A stretch of 64,000 nucleotides of DNA from Flaccisagitta enflata (GCA_965153355.1 OZ231126.1:46624001-46688000), one strand, 5' to 3'; positions 1 to 15,823 are shown, counted from the stretch's first letter. Notes: generated from the sequence alone by a model not told the origin. Numbers and translations are program-made.

Positions 1-352
1 GAACCATTCAACTTCAATTGCTTATAACTTTTTTATGCGGAGGAGAAAAAAAATATGGTTGATCTCATCTGAAAGATCTTTCGAAACTCTTTCAGAATCT
101 CATGGATTTCAACTCATTTGGTTAAAAAATGGCGGTAAAGTGATCTCGTAAAGTACAGTAAATATTGTGTTTTTTTTTTATGATGGAACCATTGAACTTT
201 GACTGTTAGTAATTTTGTTGATCTTATCTGAAAGATCTTTCAAAACCCTTTCAGAATTTCATGGTTCCAAAAATGGTGGTGATCTCTCAAGGTACAGTAA
301 ATATCCATCCAAAAAAATATTGTTACTGCTTTCTTACTATTTTGTATTCATT

Positions 353-437
<85 letters not shown>

Positions 438-1046
438 AAATAATCGCGAGATGTAAACAAAGATTCAAAAAATCATAACTCAATAAATAATTGTTGTAGA
501 AGTCAATGTCTCTAACATAGTTGTAGGTTGCCTCTTAGCATGCTGTCGTTTTTGGAACAAATCAGCAGCAACTCATGAATCATGAGGTTCTGTGAGGTTT
601 ACAATATCTACTGTACTTTGGAAGATCAGTGTGCCGCTATTTTTAAACCAAATGGTTGAAATGGTTTAAATTCATAAGATTGCAGAGAGTTTTGAAAGAT
701 CTATCAAATGAGACTAACTGCTTTTGTTTGCATCAATTAGCTAAAAAGTTATAAGCAATCAAAGTTGAATGGTTGCGGTGATTTCCGGTCTCAGGCTCTG
801 GGGGTCAATTTTCATGGTAAACAAGTTGTTCTTGGGCAGATACTCATCGAAACATGGTAAAATTATCATATTTTTTTCAATCCTACATAGTAGAAGAATG
901 TATCAGGGAGATTTACCAGGCAAGAATGGTTTCAGGCGATATTGTTAAAAATCTTATTGATTTTTTATCATATATTGAACCTTTTTTTCTTTGTAATGTA
1001 TGTGTAACAGGCGCTTATTCACACTTTTATGAAGTTTGAATTCATT

Positions 1047-1431
1047 CAGGGCCCGACAAAATTTTCAGCTGCCTACAAGCTAGATTTTCTTACCAGCTCC
1101 TGCCTACAAAATACTTTCATGACTCTGTGCGTACTGTTATCCGAAACATATTGGAAAATAGTATAAAAGACAATTTTTTGTAGTACCATTATAATAAATT
1201 GTTTCAATTCATCATTGCATATAGATTGTAAACATTACTAAAAGATATGGCAAAATAAATGAAAACATTTGTAGAATTTTGATTTTTTTTTACAAATCTT
1301 TTTATTGATTTTGTAAAATTTTTCTTTATTTTTCTTTTTCATTTTCTTTTTTTTTCTAGTCTCCTTGCTTACAAATTCTGTTAGCTGCCTACAAGCAATG
1401 CTTGCGTGCTTGGGTACTTTGTCGTACCCTG
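1047..1431. mobile_element. hAT-type MITE
   Basis: TIRs cagggcccgacaaa / tttgtcgtaccctg; perfect 8-bp TSD aattcatt (1039-1046, 1432-1439). Confidence 0.85.
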
Positions 1432-2286
1432 AATTCATTATCTGGCTCTGCAATCATGCAGAATGTCATTATAAACCATTTGCCTTCTTTTCAAATCATT
1501 CAAGCAGTGAAAAAAAATTTTCGTTTAATCGGTTGGCCCTTCGATACACAAAAGGGGAAAAATGACAAAAATTAGCGTAAATCATATAGGATGACCATGA
1601 CATTGAAATTTTCCAAGGATGAATACAAGGAGTAGTGCAATGAACATGTTTTTTTGACCACTGTAACATGAGGTAAAAGATAGGCGTCAATAATAAACTT
1701 TTGACTAACCTTTACTGGTTTTACAGGGAACAATTGAGTTTCAGACATTCTAATTATTGTACATTTTCAATTGTCCCAACCGCGTCCGACTTGACTTATC
1801 AACTCTTTGAATACCCCAAAGACCCTCATTATGAAGATTTTCCCTCCTAATCTTTCTTTAAGTAGTGGGGCAGTGATGAAATGAAAGAAATCATCACCTT
1901 TCGCCTATTTTAGTAAGCCAGAGGGGCAAAAATTGAGTTTCGGACATTCAAATTATTGTACATTTTGCACAAAAAATGAAAAATTGACTAAATGCTTTGC
2001 AAACGGACTTGGATCAATTTTATTGGTCTAATTATCAAGGAATAGTACCTAGTAGATCGCCATAGGTGGTTTAGGGTGGAAAAACATATTTTTGTGAAAA
2101 ATCAAAATTTATGCAAAAAAGGCTAAAAGCTATGCAATTTATAATAAGAATGCAGAAAAAAAAATTAGGACCCATTAAGATCGGCTGATGATGAGTTTGG
2201 ACTCCCTAGACACATTATTGATTATATCTGAAAGCAAAAAAGGATATTGATCATATTTGAAATTGAGATTTTTTCTGCCGTAGCTA

Positions 2287-2873
2287 CAGTACCTTCCGAG
2301 CAAACCCGGCTAAAACTGGAGGAATAATTTTTGTTACTTTAATTTCATTTCCCAAACTTAATTTTTTGTATCTAACTTAATTAAAAGATACCTAATTCCT
2401 TGAATATATTTGGCTGTCAAAAAAAATAACTCGTGAAATCAAAGTGCATGAAGACATCAGAATTGAGTGTTCTAAGGAGAGATTTTTCATTGATACAGAA
2501 AGTTTCAGTCAGACAATTATTTCAGATTTTATAGCAATTCTTTTAAGGACAATTGTCTTAAAATAATTGAGGACAATTGTCCTTAAAAACTTTAAATGAC
2601 CATAAAATCTTAAATAGTTGTCTGACTGAGCTGTTCTTGTAGTCTAGGATAGGTAAAATTTTCTGCCGAATCCAATGGTTTGGGTTAGAACACTCAATTC
2701 TGATGTCTTCATGCACTTTGATTTCACAAGTTATTTTTTTTCACAGCCAAATATGTTCAAGGAATTAAGTATTTTTTAATTAAGTTAGATACAAAAAATT
2801 AAGTTTGGGAAATGAAATTAAAGTAACAAAAATTAATCCTCCAGTTTTAGCCGGGTTTGCTCGGAAAGTACTG
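2287..2873. mobile_element. Tc1/mariner-type MITE with ~190-bp TIRs
   Basis: CAGT...ACTG ends, TA flanks, long inverted repeats 2287-2477 and 2685-2873. Confidence 0.85.
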
Positions 2874-5800
2874 TAGGAGTCTGTTAGCGGAAATCACCTT
2901 CCATCATCCAAAAAACAAGGCCAAGTAGGCCAATAAGGTGCGACGTGTTGATCATCGAATGAATGGTTTACAGACAGACCAACCGACCAACCAACCAACC
3001 GACCCACGGACAGTGCCAGTTATAGAGGTGCTTTGTTGCACCTAAAAACAAACAAGATTTACTGTACTTTGTGAGATCACTGTACTGCCATTTTTGAACC
3101 AAATGAGTTGAAATTCGTAAGATTCTAAAAGAGTTTTGAAAGCTTTTTCAGATGAGACCAACCAAATTTGTATGCTTCAAAGTATTAAAAATCTATAAAC
3201 AGCCAAAGTTGAATGGTTCTATCGCCCAAGAAATCAATAACACCTCTCACAAAATTAGGCGAACTGGGATCAGAACATATACTTTAATCGCGTTTTAAAA
3301 TTTAAAACATGAGTCCAGGCTAATGATAATATCAAAACATGTTCTTTCCATGAGGGTTCTACAAAAAAATTCCAAATCATGTCAACCAAGAGCTGAAAAT
3401 AGCTTGATCAAATTATATCAAAAAATTTTAGGTTTAGTTTAGCCTCAAAGTTGTCGCTAAAACGATTTTATTTGACAAGGGGTTTCAATGCTTTTCGCAG
3501 CTGTCTCTGACTGTATCTTGGTACCCAGAATTTATTTTTTGTCTGTTAGTGATATAAGAACCTGAGAATTGATGTTTTCTTGCATTTTTTGTGGTAAAAT
3601 TCAAGTACTATCTAGAACATATGTATATCGGCGAGCGTTTTGGGTCATATCTCTGCTAAAAATAAAAAAATCATATAAAAATCGGTGAGATTCTGAAACG
3701 ACATCGAATTTGTGATCTAGTGCCACCAACCGCGTTCTTGTAGCCCAATCCGTTTGGAAATGATGGGCAAAACAAGAATGCTACTTCAAATGAAAATGGC
3801 TGAAAAAATCAGATTTTATTTCTTGTCGCTTTTGGTACTTGGCCAAGTGTTTTTTTTTTTTTAGTTTAAGGTTGTTGTCCGACTTTTAGGCTGCCACAGT
3901 GATGCCATAGGATCGCCTTGTCATTTCCATGGTCACTCCAAACTCAGTTATAGATCTGATGGTTGGTAAGTTGGCAGCTAAGGAGAAGGTATCGCACATC
4001 GTTTGATATGGATAAAAAAAATCTGCTCTCAAGGTGTGAGGGAAGACCGCTTCATCCTTTCTCAAAATATCTCTTCAAGAGCAAATAAAGATGATTTTGA
4101 CCGTTATTGTTGTTCACAAGATACATACAAAGAATCTCAAAGATAAAATTATGATTTTTCTAATCATTTGATGAATTAACAGCCTGATAATATTCTTGCC
4201 GATATACTTTTGTTCTAGATAGTAGGTTTATGATGTCTCATTATCAAAAATTTCCACGTCAAAACCAGTCATAATCTTTCATTGCATTTTTGGCCACCCA
4301 CTTTCAAGGGCACACAATTATGCCCCAATTTGTAAAAATACTATATTTTAGTTACCTCTGTGTCAAATTTCAGCCCGCCGACTCCATTATTTCTATCAAT
4401 TTTGCTCATTTTGTTAGTGCGTTTAATTATGTGAGAGGTGTTATTTACTGTACTTTGAGAGATCACTGTACCGCCATTTTTGACCCAAATGAGTTGAAAT
4501 TCATGAGATTCTGAAAGAGTTTTGAAAACTCTTTCAGAACCAACCAAATTTGTATGCTTTAAAGTATTCAAAATTCATTAATAGTCAAAGTTGAATGGTT
4601 CTATCGCCCAAGAATTCAATATTTACTGTACTTTGGGAGATCACTGTAGTGCCATTTTTAAACGAAATGAGTTGAAATCCGTGAGATTCTGAAAGAGTTT
4701 TGAAAGATCTTTCAGATGAGATCAACCATATTTTTTTTCTCCTCAGCATAAAAAAGTTATAAGCAATTGAAGTTGAATGGTTCATATCCCAAAATTACCA
4801 ACAACCATCAACACTTTGATTTGATCAATTTTTGTTCATTTTCCAAAATGAATCCAATTTTTTTGCTGAAACGCACTAGTTAACACCTATTCTTGCCAAA
4901 AAAATCAACTTTTTTGATTTTTGTCATTTTTTACAACCACCTCCATCAGGAGGTGAATTTTGGCCAATTTGGCCCCCTTACCCCCACCCCATGGGTGACC
5001 CCTCCCACCCATCCACTGTACCACCTACCTTAGTGTATTCTGACTCCATTAAGCCAAAAAAGTATGTTGGGTGGTGAAAATTTGACTGTTTTTGTCATTT
5101 TGCAAGTTAGAGGGTCCATAGTTAAATTTGGCCATTTTAGGCCATTTTTGGCCAACTAAAACTCATCCGAGCACTAACATGGTTAGACAAAAAGTCCCAC
5201 CAATGGTTCCCCCTCATTATATACACCATGTACCGTACCCAAACTTTTGGCACAGGCGTTTTTAGCATTTTTTGCAATTCCTGAACACACCAATGAAACG
5301 CCTACTGTGATTTTATGCCTGCTCATTATGGCTGACACATGTGGCATACGCTCGGGAATCAGTCGGGATCGAGGTCGTTTTAGCTTGATAAATGCTCTAT
5401 TAACGTTCTTTCCTTTTTTGTCATAAATGGCTTTCTGAGTTGGTAATGAAGGGATCATTTTTCTTTGGTTTTGAGTGGCAACGAAATATCATAGTTTGGC
5501 TCCTATAAAGTCACAAAGTAGGGAAGGTAGAGCACAAATGGAAAAATTGCGCGTTGATGGGGCACATTTGTAAACAAATGCAATATCGGTGAAACAAATC
5601 CTCATGAATATATTGCACACATCGAGAGTTCGAGACCCTCCCCCCCTTCTCCGTATATTGTTCGTTGACATGAGAGATTATGAAAAAATGGCGATTGTGC
5701 AATTGACGGAACTCTCGCATGTGCGTGTGTTAATGCGTGACAGCGATATCTCGCCTGCTTTATGCCACGTGCTACGAGTTGCTATGTCTGCCTGTTGGTT

Positions 5801-5997
5801 GTTTTGTCGGTCCAGCTAGCAGTCAAAATTAGTTTTTTTCCTGTATTTAGGGAGTTTTTTTTTTTGCATGAGCACTTCTGCCAAAATTTTTGGGTCGTCT
5901 TTGTGAACATTGCCCGGCTGTATGCCGCTGACCAGATGCACGTGACTTGTGTATCCTTGTGTACGGCCATGTTCCTTTGGCATTCCCCATCACTCAC

Positions 5998-6091
5998 CAA
6001 AAATGAGGCTGATGAGCGCATCTGGAGTTATGCAAACGAGGAAAATGACGAGGACGACAATCAGCATGATAGTGATGCGGTTTTTGCGTCT
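5998..6091 (-). CDS. Peptide GPCR exon 8 (TM6)
   Basis: RRKNRITIMLIVVLVIFLVCITPDALISLIF-G, an FMRFamide/sex-peptide-receptor-like TM6; ttgcag| and |gtgagt. Confidence 0.9.
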
Positions 6092-6205
6092 CTGCAATGG
6101 AAAGAGACAATAAAAGGTAACGACCTGGTTATCAATGTCATGGAAGCCTGGACTGCACAGTGTGCACACACAGAGACACAGACTCGCATACACACCCACA
6201 CTCAC

Positions 6206-6405
<200 letters not shown>

Positions 6406-6557
6406 ATAAAACGGTTTTGACGTGAAAAGACGAAATATGTAAAGATTCGCCAGGAATTATTCGTGACAGGACAAACCGCTTGGGAGGCCGAAGATCTGAT
6501 CTGGAACAAACCGAAAAGCAACTGATAAATGGTGCTGATATATGGTTTTGATGACAG

Positions 6558-6591
<34 letters not shown>

Positions 6592-7073
6592 CAGAAAGAA
6601 AGAGAAGAAGAAGAGAGATGAGGACTGAGATGAAGAAGAAGAAGAAGAGAAAGAGAAAGAAAGAAAGAAAGAGAATCAATGAGTTTGGAACAAATTGCAC
6701 GATGATAACACGAGGCTGAGACAGTTATTGTGTGTGAATGTCAAGGTGTTGTCACCCAGGCCAGGAATTGCCTAGTTCAGCAACAGCTAGAATACAAGAA
6801 AGAAGACAGAAGGAGAGGAAAAACAGAATGGAAAAAGAAATAACCAGCACTGGTCCAGCAGTAATTCAGAAGAAGAAAAAAAGCAAAGAAGAAAAAGAAG
6901 GTAGTAACAAAAAAGTAAATGAAAAATTAAAAACAAAATGATAAAGATAAAAGCTAGAAAGGAAAGATGAAAAAAACTTAGAAATTAGGAAAACAAGACA
7001 GAAAAAGAAGGAAAGTAATTAGGAGGAAAAAAAAAAAAAAAGAAAAAAAAAGAAAAACAGAAAAAAAGAAAAA

Positions 7074-7173
<100 letters not shown>

Positions 7174-7253
7174 CAGAAAAAATGGATTGAAACGCAGTGT
7201 CGACAACAAGCAACGTCTGCTGATTGTTAGGAATCTTGACAGACACAAACAGA

Positions 7254-7538
7254 AAACAAGTGACGCGGGTTCACAATATCGTTGCGGATGGGTGGGCAGG
7301 GGCAGCCAACTCCCATCCACACTGCACACCCCATGTCCCAACCACACCCAACATCCCATCCAACACCCTTTCCAACATAGTCACACAAAGAGCCTCAAAA
7401 TACTCATTTTTCCACTCTTCGATTCGTGCTCACGGACCAACGTACCGACGGACCGACGGACCAACGGACCGACGGACCAACGGATGGATGGACGGACGGA
7501 CAAAGCCTCATATAGAGTTGCGTGTCCGCAACTAAAAA
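7254..7538 (-). mobile_element. DINE-like element, second family
   Basis: aacaagtgacgcgggttcacaatatcgttgcgga...(GACG)n...agagttgcgtgtccgcaactaaaa; relatives at 8990-9203, 14985-15311 and 20605-20825. Confidence 0.7.
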
Positions 7539-9320
7539 GGGGAAGGAGAAAAACTCTTCATCAAGCCTCATTCTTAAGGACTGATAACGCGACAAGACAA
7601 TGGAGAGGATAAAATCGGTTTTGATCGTTCTTTCGTTCTTAATCGCTAATTACGTCGAGGCGTCAGTTATTAAAGGGAGGAAAGGGAGGAAAATATCTTC
7701 CAGGAAATCTGCGGGGATGAAGCGTGATAATAAGAAGCCATCAAGAACGTCTGGCAGCTACAAGAGAGCAGCGAGACCGCGGTAACAGAAAAAGTCTAGA
7801 CGCAGTAATGTCACATTTAGTTTAAGTTTGCCAGACATTTCCACATGGGAGCGCTTTGTTATCGCCTTTGTTTTTATCACGAATTCATTTAAATCTAATC
7901 GTCGGGATAAAATACCACATGAATGATTCTCCCGTTTGAAAACCTTTTGTTTTCCAGAAACTAAAGTTCTCCCAAACGTAGACGTCGCAGTTTTTCCCAA
8001 AGAAAGATTTAGACGGACTAACTGTAAGACAGAGGAATAGTCAGACAGACGCACTGACGGAAACGATGTCTCTTACCAATAACCAACTGAGCTCTCCATT
8101 CGAGTATACATACTTCTGAATCATTTCTAGTCGTGGTATAGCTATATCAAGTGACTGTGTTATTCCCTCCGTCCGTCGGTCTGTTGCGTATCGCATGACG
8201 TTGAGGAAATATTATGAATCTAGCTTTTTTCGACGACTTGTTTTGCATCATTGTGCCTGCCCACGGGAAACCATTTAGCTTTTTTTTTTTTATAGCTGCA
8301 AAAATGAACATGTTAAAGAAACGAAGATCAAGATAAAAGATACAAGATATATCAAGATGTAAAGAGATGAAGAAATTAAGAGAAAGCCTATAAAATCGCA
8401 CTTCGAGTATTTCGCATTACAGATATTCGGACCCTCTGAAAAAGATGCGAGGACGCATCTTAAAAAAAAAAGAAAACAACAAATGGCAAATATAGTCATT
8501 ATAGCTATTTGTCACAAAAGTGACAAAATGAAGAATGGAGAAAACAAATTATGAAAGAGGTTACGGACTTGGGAACGACTAAGACCACGTCCACGGACCA
8601 CAGAGTCGATGACAGATGAACCAGAGGACACGACCGGCATTGATAAATGACACTTCTGATGAATGACTTTTTCGCCTTTTGACTCATTGGGTCTTCCTCT
8701 TCTCAACACTCTGCTCCACCTCATGGCTATTCTCCCTGTATTTTCTACGGCCCAGGCCTGTATATTATTGAGTTCCCTCTCCCCCCCCCCCCCACGGGGA
8801 AGAAAATCAAAGGGGAAAAAAGAGAAAAAAAAAACCTTGATTACACTGTTTTCTTGCCTTTTGGGGAAGAAAATCATATATTTTTAAATGCGACGCGTCG
8901 CGGGGAAGAATCTCAAAGGCAAAGAGGGGGGGGGAATCAAAAGCGACTCAATTATATACATTCCTGTTCCATGCACAATTCATTTACTATTCTTAGACGC
9001 AGACTCGCGAATCTATGAGAGGCTTTGTCCGTCCATCGATCCGTCAGTCGGTCTGTCAGTCCATGAGTCCGTGATGATCAGGTTGAATAGTGTTTCGATA
9101 CGCATACATCCGCCTTGCCTATGTGTATGGGTATAAAGAGAGGGGAGGGTGTGAGCCCCTGCCCACCCGTCCGCGACGATATTGTGACCGCGCGTTACTT
9201 GTTCTCGATCTCTCTTTCACTGTCACGTTTTCTCTTCTATCTCATTCTGTTTTTGCCCATCTGTACTTTTCTCCGGGCGTCTCTTTCTATTTCCCACTCA
9301 TTGAATCTCTGTTTCAGTTA

Positions 9321-9738
9321 CACTCTTTTCAGTTTTTAAGGACCAGTTAAATTTTTTGAAGCCTGGATTGTCCTTAAATTTTTGCAAATTTCAGGCTGAA
9401 ATATCATTAGCGTGTCCTTAATATTTTTCTATGATTTTCTTACGATTATATCATACTCATTTAAATAACTTGTGTTCAGTATGAGTAAATACAAGTTAAA
9501 TATGATAGTTACTATTTTGAAACAAAGAAAATATGTCATTAAACAAAAAACATTATAATTTTCTATAGATGATACAATTTCCTCTTATATTTGCATAAAA
9601 ACAATCTAAATTGTCAATGAAATTTTTTTTTATTTTATAAATCCTAACCTGGGCTTTATCCTTAAAATGTCCTTAATTTTTGGCAAAATTTCAGCCTCAT
9701 GTCCTTATAAACTTTGTCCTTACTCAATAAAAAGAGTG
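9321..9738. mobile_element. MITE with TA flanks
   Basis: ta|cactctttt...aaggac and gtcctt...aaaagagtg|ta. Confidence 0.6.
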
Positions 9739-9856
9739 TATCACACTGTCGCGCTCGATATTTTCGCTTTTCCATTCAGCCTCTCCGCTTCTCCATTCTT
9801 CCGTTTTGCCGATCTGTCAGTCTCTGTCTCTCCTACTATGTTTCTATCTTTCTCTG

Positions 9857-10044
<188 letters not shown>

Positions 10045-10247
10045 CGATCCAAAGGACTGAGTTCCTCCTTTCTTTCTCACTTCCAAGTTACGATCATTTA
10101 TCTTCCGATTAAACAAAACGGGAATGGAGCAAACTTTTGACGCTGTCACTCAATCAGTATCGCAGTCTCTCCTCCGCTAATTCATGCTCGCTCTTTCCAT
10201 CTCTTTCTGTCTGTCTCTGTCTCTGTCTGTCTCTGTCTGTCTCTGTC

Positions 10248-10343
<96 letters not shown>

Positions 10344-10811
10344 GCGCTTCCCCCCTCTCTCTCTCTTACAGCCTCTCTGGTTCCGTGAAATAGCGTCTCT
10401 CCCCTCTGTCCGTCTCTGACTTTGTCTGTCTGTCTGTCCGTCTGTCTGAGACAAGAATCTCAATTCCCATTCAGGCTGTCAATCGATTTAAATTCCATCA
10501 AAATATCGTCGACTCTCAAGAGCAAGATGATCATGGATTATGATAGATGACAAATGTCAAGAACGTTCATTATCGTTGTTGGACCCGTTGATATGGAGGA
10601 TTGGAGATATGTATGACCGGCTTATCACTGGCTCGATCAAGTCCTTATTGCAGCGAAGTTGAATCGAATGTTTGAACAAACTTTATTGCCAATGATAATG
10701 AACTTGGGTTTAGTTTTGATTTATGACATGGCATCCATTGAGCCCAACAGATAAATGCTGTCAATTGTCATTTGTCACGCTAACCGAATTACGCATGGTC
10801 ATTGGTCATCG

Positions 10812-10891
<80 letters not shown>

Positions 10892-11168
10892 GTCATCACA
10901 TCATCATAAGTCATTATCATCATCATCATTATCATCATCATCATTATCATCATTATAATGATCATCAATGATGATTCATCAAAACCATCAGTCCATCACC
11001 ATCATCATCATGACGCAAATGCAAATGCCACGTATATTTGAATCAAAAACCCTTTCTAGTTCTACTTTTCGAGACAGCTGTTTTTCATTCATCACAATTT
11101 TACAGTATCACATCATGAGACATGACGTCATACCATCCATCCATCGAAACCAACCGTGAATAACTCAC

Positions 11169-11329
11169 CCTGGCGCAATTTCTGCCTTCGACTCGATTCT
11201 GGCTGAGTCCTCTTATGATGAAAAAGTTCAAAACCGACAGAATGAGAAAAGGAACGATGGACCGGAGAAAACTCTGACACCAACAAAACACCAGAAAAAA
11301 CGATTTCTGGTTGCCCAAATACGTGAGAT
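11169..11329 (-). CDS. Peptide GPCR exon 7 (TM5-ICL3)
   Basis: LTYLGNQKSFFLVFCWCQSFLRSIVPFLILSVLNFFIIRGLSQNRVEGRNCAR; actcag| and |gtgagt. Confidence 0.88.
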
Positions 11330-11404
11330 CTGAGTGTGCATGTAGGTTGTGTGGGGGTGTCAGCACATGTGGTTGTCATTGTATTTTGGAGAGAGAGAAA
11401 TTGG

Positions 11405-11454
<50 letters not shown>

Positions 11455-11687
11455 ATGAGCATACGGAAGAGGGAGACAGAAAGACATACCGACAAATAAT
11501 CAGAGGGGATGCGGGAAAGGAATGTGAAAATGTGAAATATTAAATAAAGAGGTTATAAAACTGTTTTTGAGAGATGTCCAATAAGTGCGTCCTCTAAAGA
11601 TATCTTGTAAATCGTGAAGAGAAATTTCGCGTTTACTACGGACGGAAACACTCTCTTATAGAAATGCGAGGACGCATCTAAAAAAAC

Positions 11688-11901
11688 GTTTTTTAGTCGC
11701 GTGCTACGCGACTCTACAACCCGCTTTGTAAGTCCGTCCGTCGGTCGGTCCGTCCGTCGGTCTGTCCGTCCGTCACACTTTACTTTTTTGGGGGTTTTGC
11801 GGTTTTTGGCCTCACTGCTCCTGCCCAAATGATATGGTGACCTCAATTACAGCCCCTGCCCACCCGCACGCGACTGGGATAGCCGTATATCCGGCCTTGT
11901 T
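11688..11901 (+). mobile_element. Helentron-associated / DINE-1-like non-autonomous element
   Basis: T-run start, subterminal inverted repeat agtcgcgtgc / gcacgcgact, (GTCY)n tract, 3' stem-loop gccg-tatatc-cggc, ends ttgtt. Confidence 0.75.
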
Positions 11902-12180
11902 ACTATACGGTCTGCTCCAGATAGGAAACTATATCCACCCAAATAAGTTCAACCTATCATCTCAATTTCCCCTCCATTTTGTAAAAATAATATTAAAAAA
12001 ATCATCCCCCCCTTCGCATATTTTCCCCGAATGTCTGAAAGTTTGTTTCGGGCTCGAATTCCCATCAATGTTGAGTTTGGTCCTGATGAAAAATGATACT
12101 ATCACAACACCGCCACAAAAAAATTATTCTTTACAAACAAAATTTGGCCACGTTTAAAAGTGCACAAAATCTCGTCTTAC

Positions 12181-12258
12181 TTATATCTGGTGAGATGACC
12201 CCGATGTCGATTTTTTCGTCGTCATCCTTTATTATCGTTCCGTTTTGATAAGCATAAA
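12181..12258 (-). CDS. Peptide GPCR exon 6 (ECL2)
   Basis: 78-nt symmetric phase-1 exon VYAYQNGTIIKDDDEKIDIGVISPDI with an NGT sequon; tttcag| and |gtaaga. Confidence 0.7.
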
Positions 12259-13000
12259 CTGAAATAGAGAGAGAAAAAAAAGATATAAAAAAAAAAGAGA
12301 TTGCTATGACGTTATATCCGTGTTGAGCCATTATGAGACATTAAGTCATTAGGACACATTCATGTTTACATTTTAAAATCTTTGCTTTTTGGGTGCAACG
12401 CTTGGAGACATGAGGGGATCTGCCTCCGGTTCAATAACATTATTTGCGCAAACGTTCTTTTGATCAACGAGTTTGGGATATGGACAGATCTTGTATGGGA
12501 ATGGGCGAATGGCATTTATTTATAATAAATCAAGCCCGTGTATTATTAATTAGTGCGGTTCTATTCTCAAATTCCGCTCATTAGTGTTTTGACGCAAAAG
12601 AGAGGGAGAAACGCCGCAAAAGCGCAAATGACGACAGCATCGGGTTTAAATTAACCGGAAATTGAAACCTTTACTCCCTCAACTTTACTTCCTCTCAACT
12701 CGGTCTCTCAGAATCAGTTGGTCTGTCTGTCTGTCTTTCCTACTATCTTTTCCCGTTGCTTTTTGTCCAAAGTTTGCTGATTCATATGTGAGTAATGAGT
12801 GAATACTGCTTTTACTAAAAGAAGTGTAAAGAGTCATTCGTGTGTGCTTTGTTTCATCTTCTGCCTAACTTATTCATTGTCTGTATCTCTCTGCGCTTCC
12901 TCTGTCTATCGGTTTCTGCCTGTCTCTGTCTCTGTCTGTCTCTGTCTCTCTCTTTCTGTCCCTCCGTCTCTGTCTCCGTCTCTATCTGTCTCTCTCTCTC

Positions 13001-13410
<410 letters not shown>

Positions 13411-13422
13411 AAACAGGTAGCC

Positions 13423-13552
13423 TTTTAAGGTGCGACAATGCACCTCTGCACCACTAACTGGCTGTGTCCGTCGGTCGGTCTGTCGGTCGGTCGGGTAACG
13501 CATTCGTTCGACGATCCACACGTCGCACCTTATTGGCCTACTTGGCCTTGTT
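13423..13552 (+). mobile_element. DINE-like element, third family
   Basis: aaggtgcgac...gtcgcacctt subTIR, (GGTC)n, ggcc-tactt-ggcc stem-loop; inverted copy at 2914-3048. Confidence 0.7.
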
Positions 13553-13588
13553 CTCATCAAAAGAGTGTCGTGAAGGACCTCTTCTTAC

Positions 13589-13719
13589 CTGTCTCATATC
13601 GAAGTCCGTAGGGAATGGCCGCGACTGCCATGGTCACGTAAACCAAAGAAGAAATAACTTTGGCTCTGAAGATGGTACAGAATGTCTTGGCCATTAATGG
13701 ATGACAGACTGAAATGTAT
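13589..13719 (-). CDS. Peptide GPCR exon 5 (ERY motif, ICL2, TM4)
   Basis: RYISVCHPLMAKTFCTIFRAKVISSLVYVTMAVAAIPYGLRYET; ttgcag| and |gtaaga. Confidence 0.93.
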
Positions 13720-13930
13720 CTGCAATGGCAAAACGAATCAAATAATGGATTCGGGTTATTGACAATCCAGGCGTCGCGTTGGTGAATGTGAGCGTTTCTG
13801 GTTCTGTAGGACCTAACAACTTATGTTTGTTCTTGGCATTGTTTGCTTACATTCGTGATATAATGACGATTTTACGAATATTCTTCATTTCGTCTTCTTG
13901 TTGTTGTTCAATTTTGTCTGACGACAGTCC

Positions 13931-14204
<274 letters not shown>

Positions 14205-14222
14205 TTCGTTACAAAAACGTAC

Positions 14223-14288
14223 CTTTCAATTCCGATGAAAACTGTCAGCCACGATGTGATGCAGACTGTGGCGTTCATAACATAATGG
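14223..14288 (-). CDS. Peptide GPCR exon 4 (TM3)
   Basis: [22 protein letters not shown]; aaacag| and |gtacgt. Confidence 0.9.
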
Positions 14289-15664
14289 CTGTTTTGACGC
14301 AACAATGACGAGAACAATTTGTAAGACAGAAACGAATGATGAAAAATCCGTGGGAGGAAATGAGGGGAAGGGTAAGGAGGAAAGTTGACGGGTGTGATGA
14401 AAGAGTTGGGGGTGGGGGGGGGGGTGGGGTGGGGGGGGGGTGAGATAAGAACAATATCTATTAAAGAGAGGCTTAGTCCCTTTGTACATTGATTAAAAAT
14501 GATTATATCGAAGGGGACGTCGCACTAGCTGAACCCTATACAGTTAACATAGCATGAACAATAAGTATTTCCAGCCGCATACGACACGACACAGTCTATC
14601 ACTTCTCGGTCGTTTGTCACTCGCCTCCGTCCGATATTAAATGTTACTGTGCATTTGTTTAGAACTTGAAACTCTGGGCCATCTGATTTAACTAATTCTT
14701 TGACCTTGTCGTGTGTTCATCAGAGGGGCAAGAACTGAAAAACTAATAAAAAAAAACAAAACAAAACAAAAAGACACATTGGCCGACGCTACGTCCCTTC
14801 CCTCGCACCTATTCTATAGCTCTCGAAAGCAGGAGCCGAGATAGAACAAGTAGGCTTCATCACGAATTTATTGGTTAGTTCACTTTGGCAAGTCGTGAGA
14901 AAGAATACTTTTAGTCTTTTAGTTGATGAACTCTTTCAGGGTCGATGTAAAGATTGAACTTGTCTGACTCCGGTGTTACTGTCACCAAGTGATGCGGGGT
15001 CACAATATCGTTGCGGACAGGTGGGCAGGGATGTCCAACCCCCATCCCTACCCCAACCCGCACACAAATATACCAAAAGTATCTACAACGCTCGTTTTTC
15101 CACTTTTCGACTCAATGACCCTGGACCAAGGGATGGACTGACGGACGTCTAGGTGATTCAAGGGGTTGTGGTGTCTTTGGGGTGTCAGAGGTGGTGATTT
15201 AGGTGGGATATCGGGTGGTTGGGTGGTTGTTTCCTCTGGCATATGTTAATAAACCACTGGACGGACAGAGGGACCAAGCCTCTTATAAAGAGTTGCGTGT
15301 CCGCTACTAAAGATACTATACAAAATAGTCGCAAACGCGTTAGGCCCTGCTTAAGTAGGTTGTGGTTGAAGTTTTGGGGTTGATGACCTATGCTTTCACA
15401 CATATGGAAAATTTTCTTCTCTTTCTTCTTCTCCTCCGCACCCCCCCCCCCTCTCCCCTAGCATCCGGGCCCATTTCTCAGCCTCGAGGCTCATATCCCA
15501 GCCTTGATGCCCAAATCCCAGTCTACAGGCCCAAATCCCTTGAGGCTGGAATTTGGGCCTTGGGGGTTGGGATTGGGGCCTTGAGGTCAGGATGAGCCTC
15601 AAGAGGATATGGGCCTGGCTGGGGAAGAAGAAAGAGGAGAATTACATGTGTGAACATGAGTCAT

Positions 15665-15720
<56 letters not shown>

Positions 15721-15823
15721 ACAGAGAGAGAGGAGACAGAGAGAGAGAGAGAGCAGAGAGCGAGAGAGAGAGAGAGACAGAGAGACAGAGGGACGGTTAT
15801 GACTGAACCTGGTAAGCGCTTAC

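Larger units (their letters stand above)
1..4790. repeat. Dispersed ~170-180-bp repeat in direct and inverted copies, probably subterminal repeats of a non-autonomous DNA transposon family
   Basis: 1-167 is the reverse complement of 4618-4783; related copies at ~185-302, 605-775, 3058-3240 and 4442-4617. Confidence 0.6.

Noticed and set aside
1-5997. GPCR TM7/C-terminal exon
   Set aside because: No NFxxY/NPxxY-type exon found; the region is transposon-derived, so the exon probably lies outside the window.
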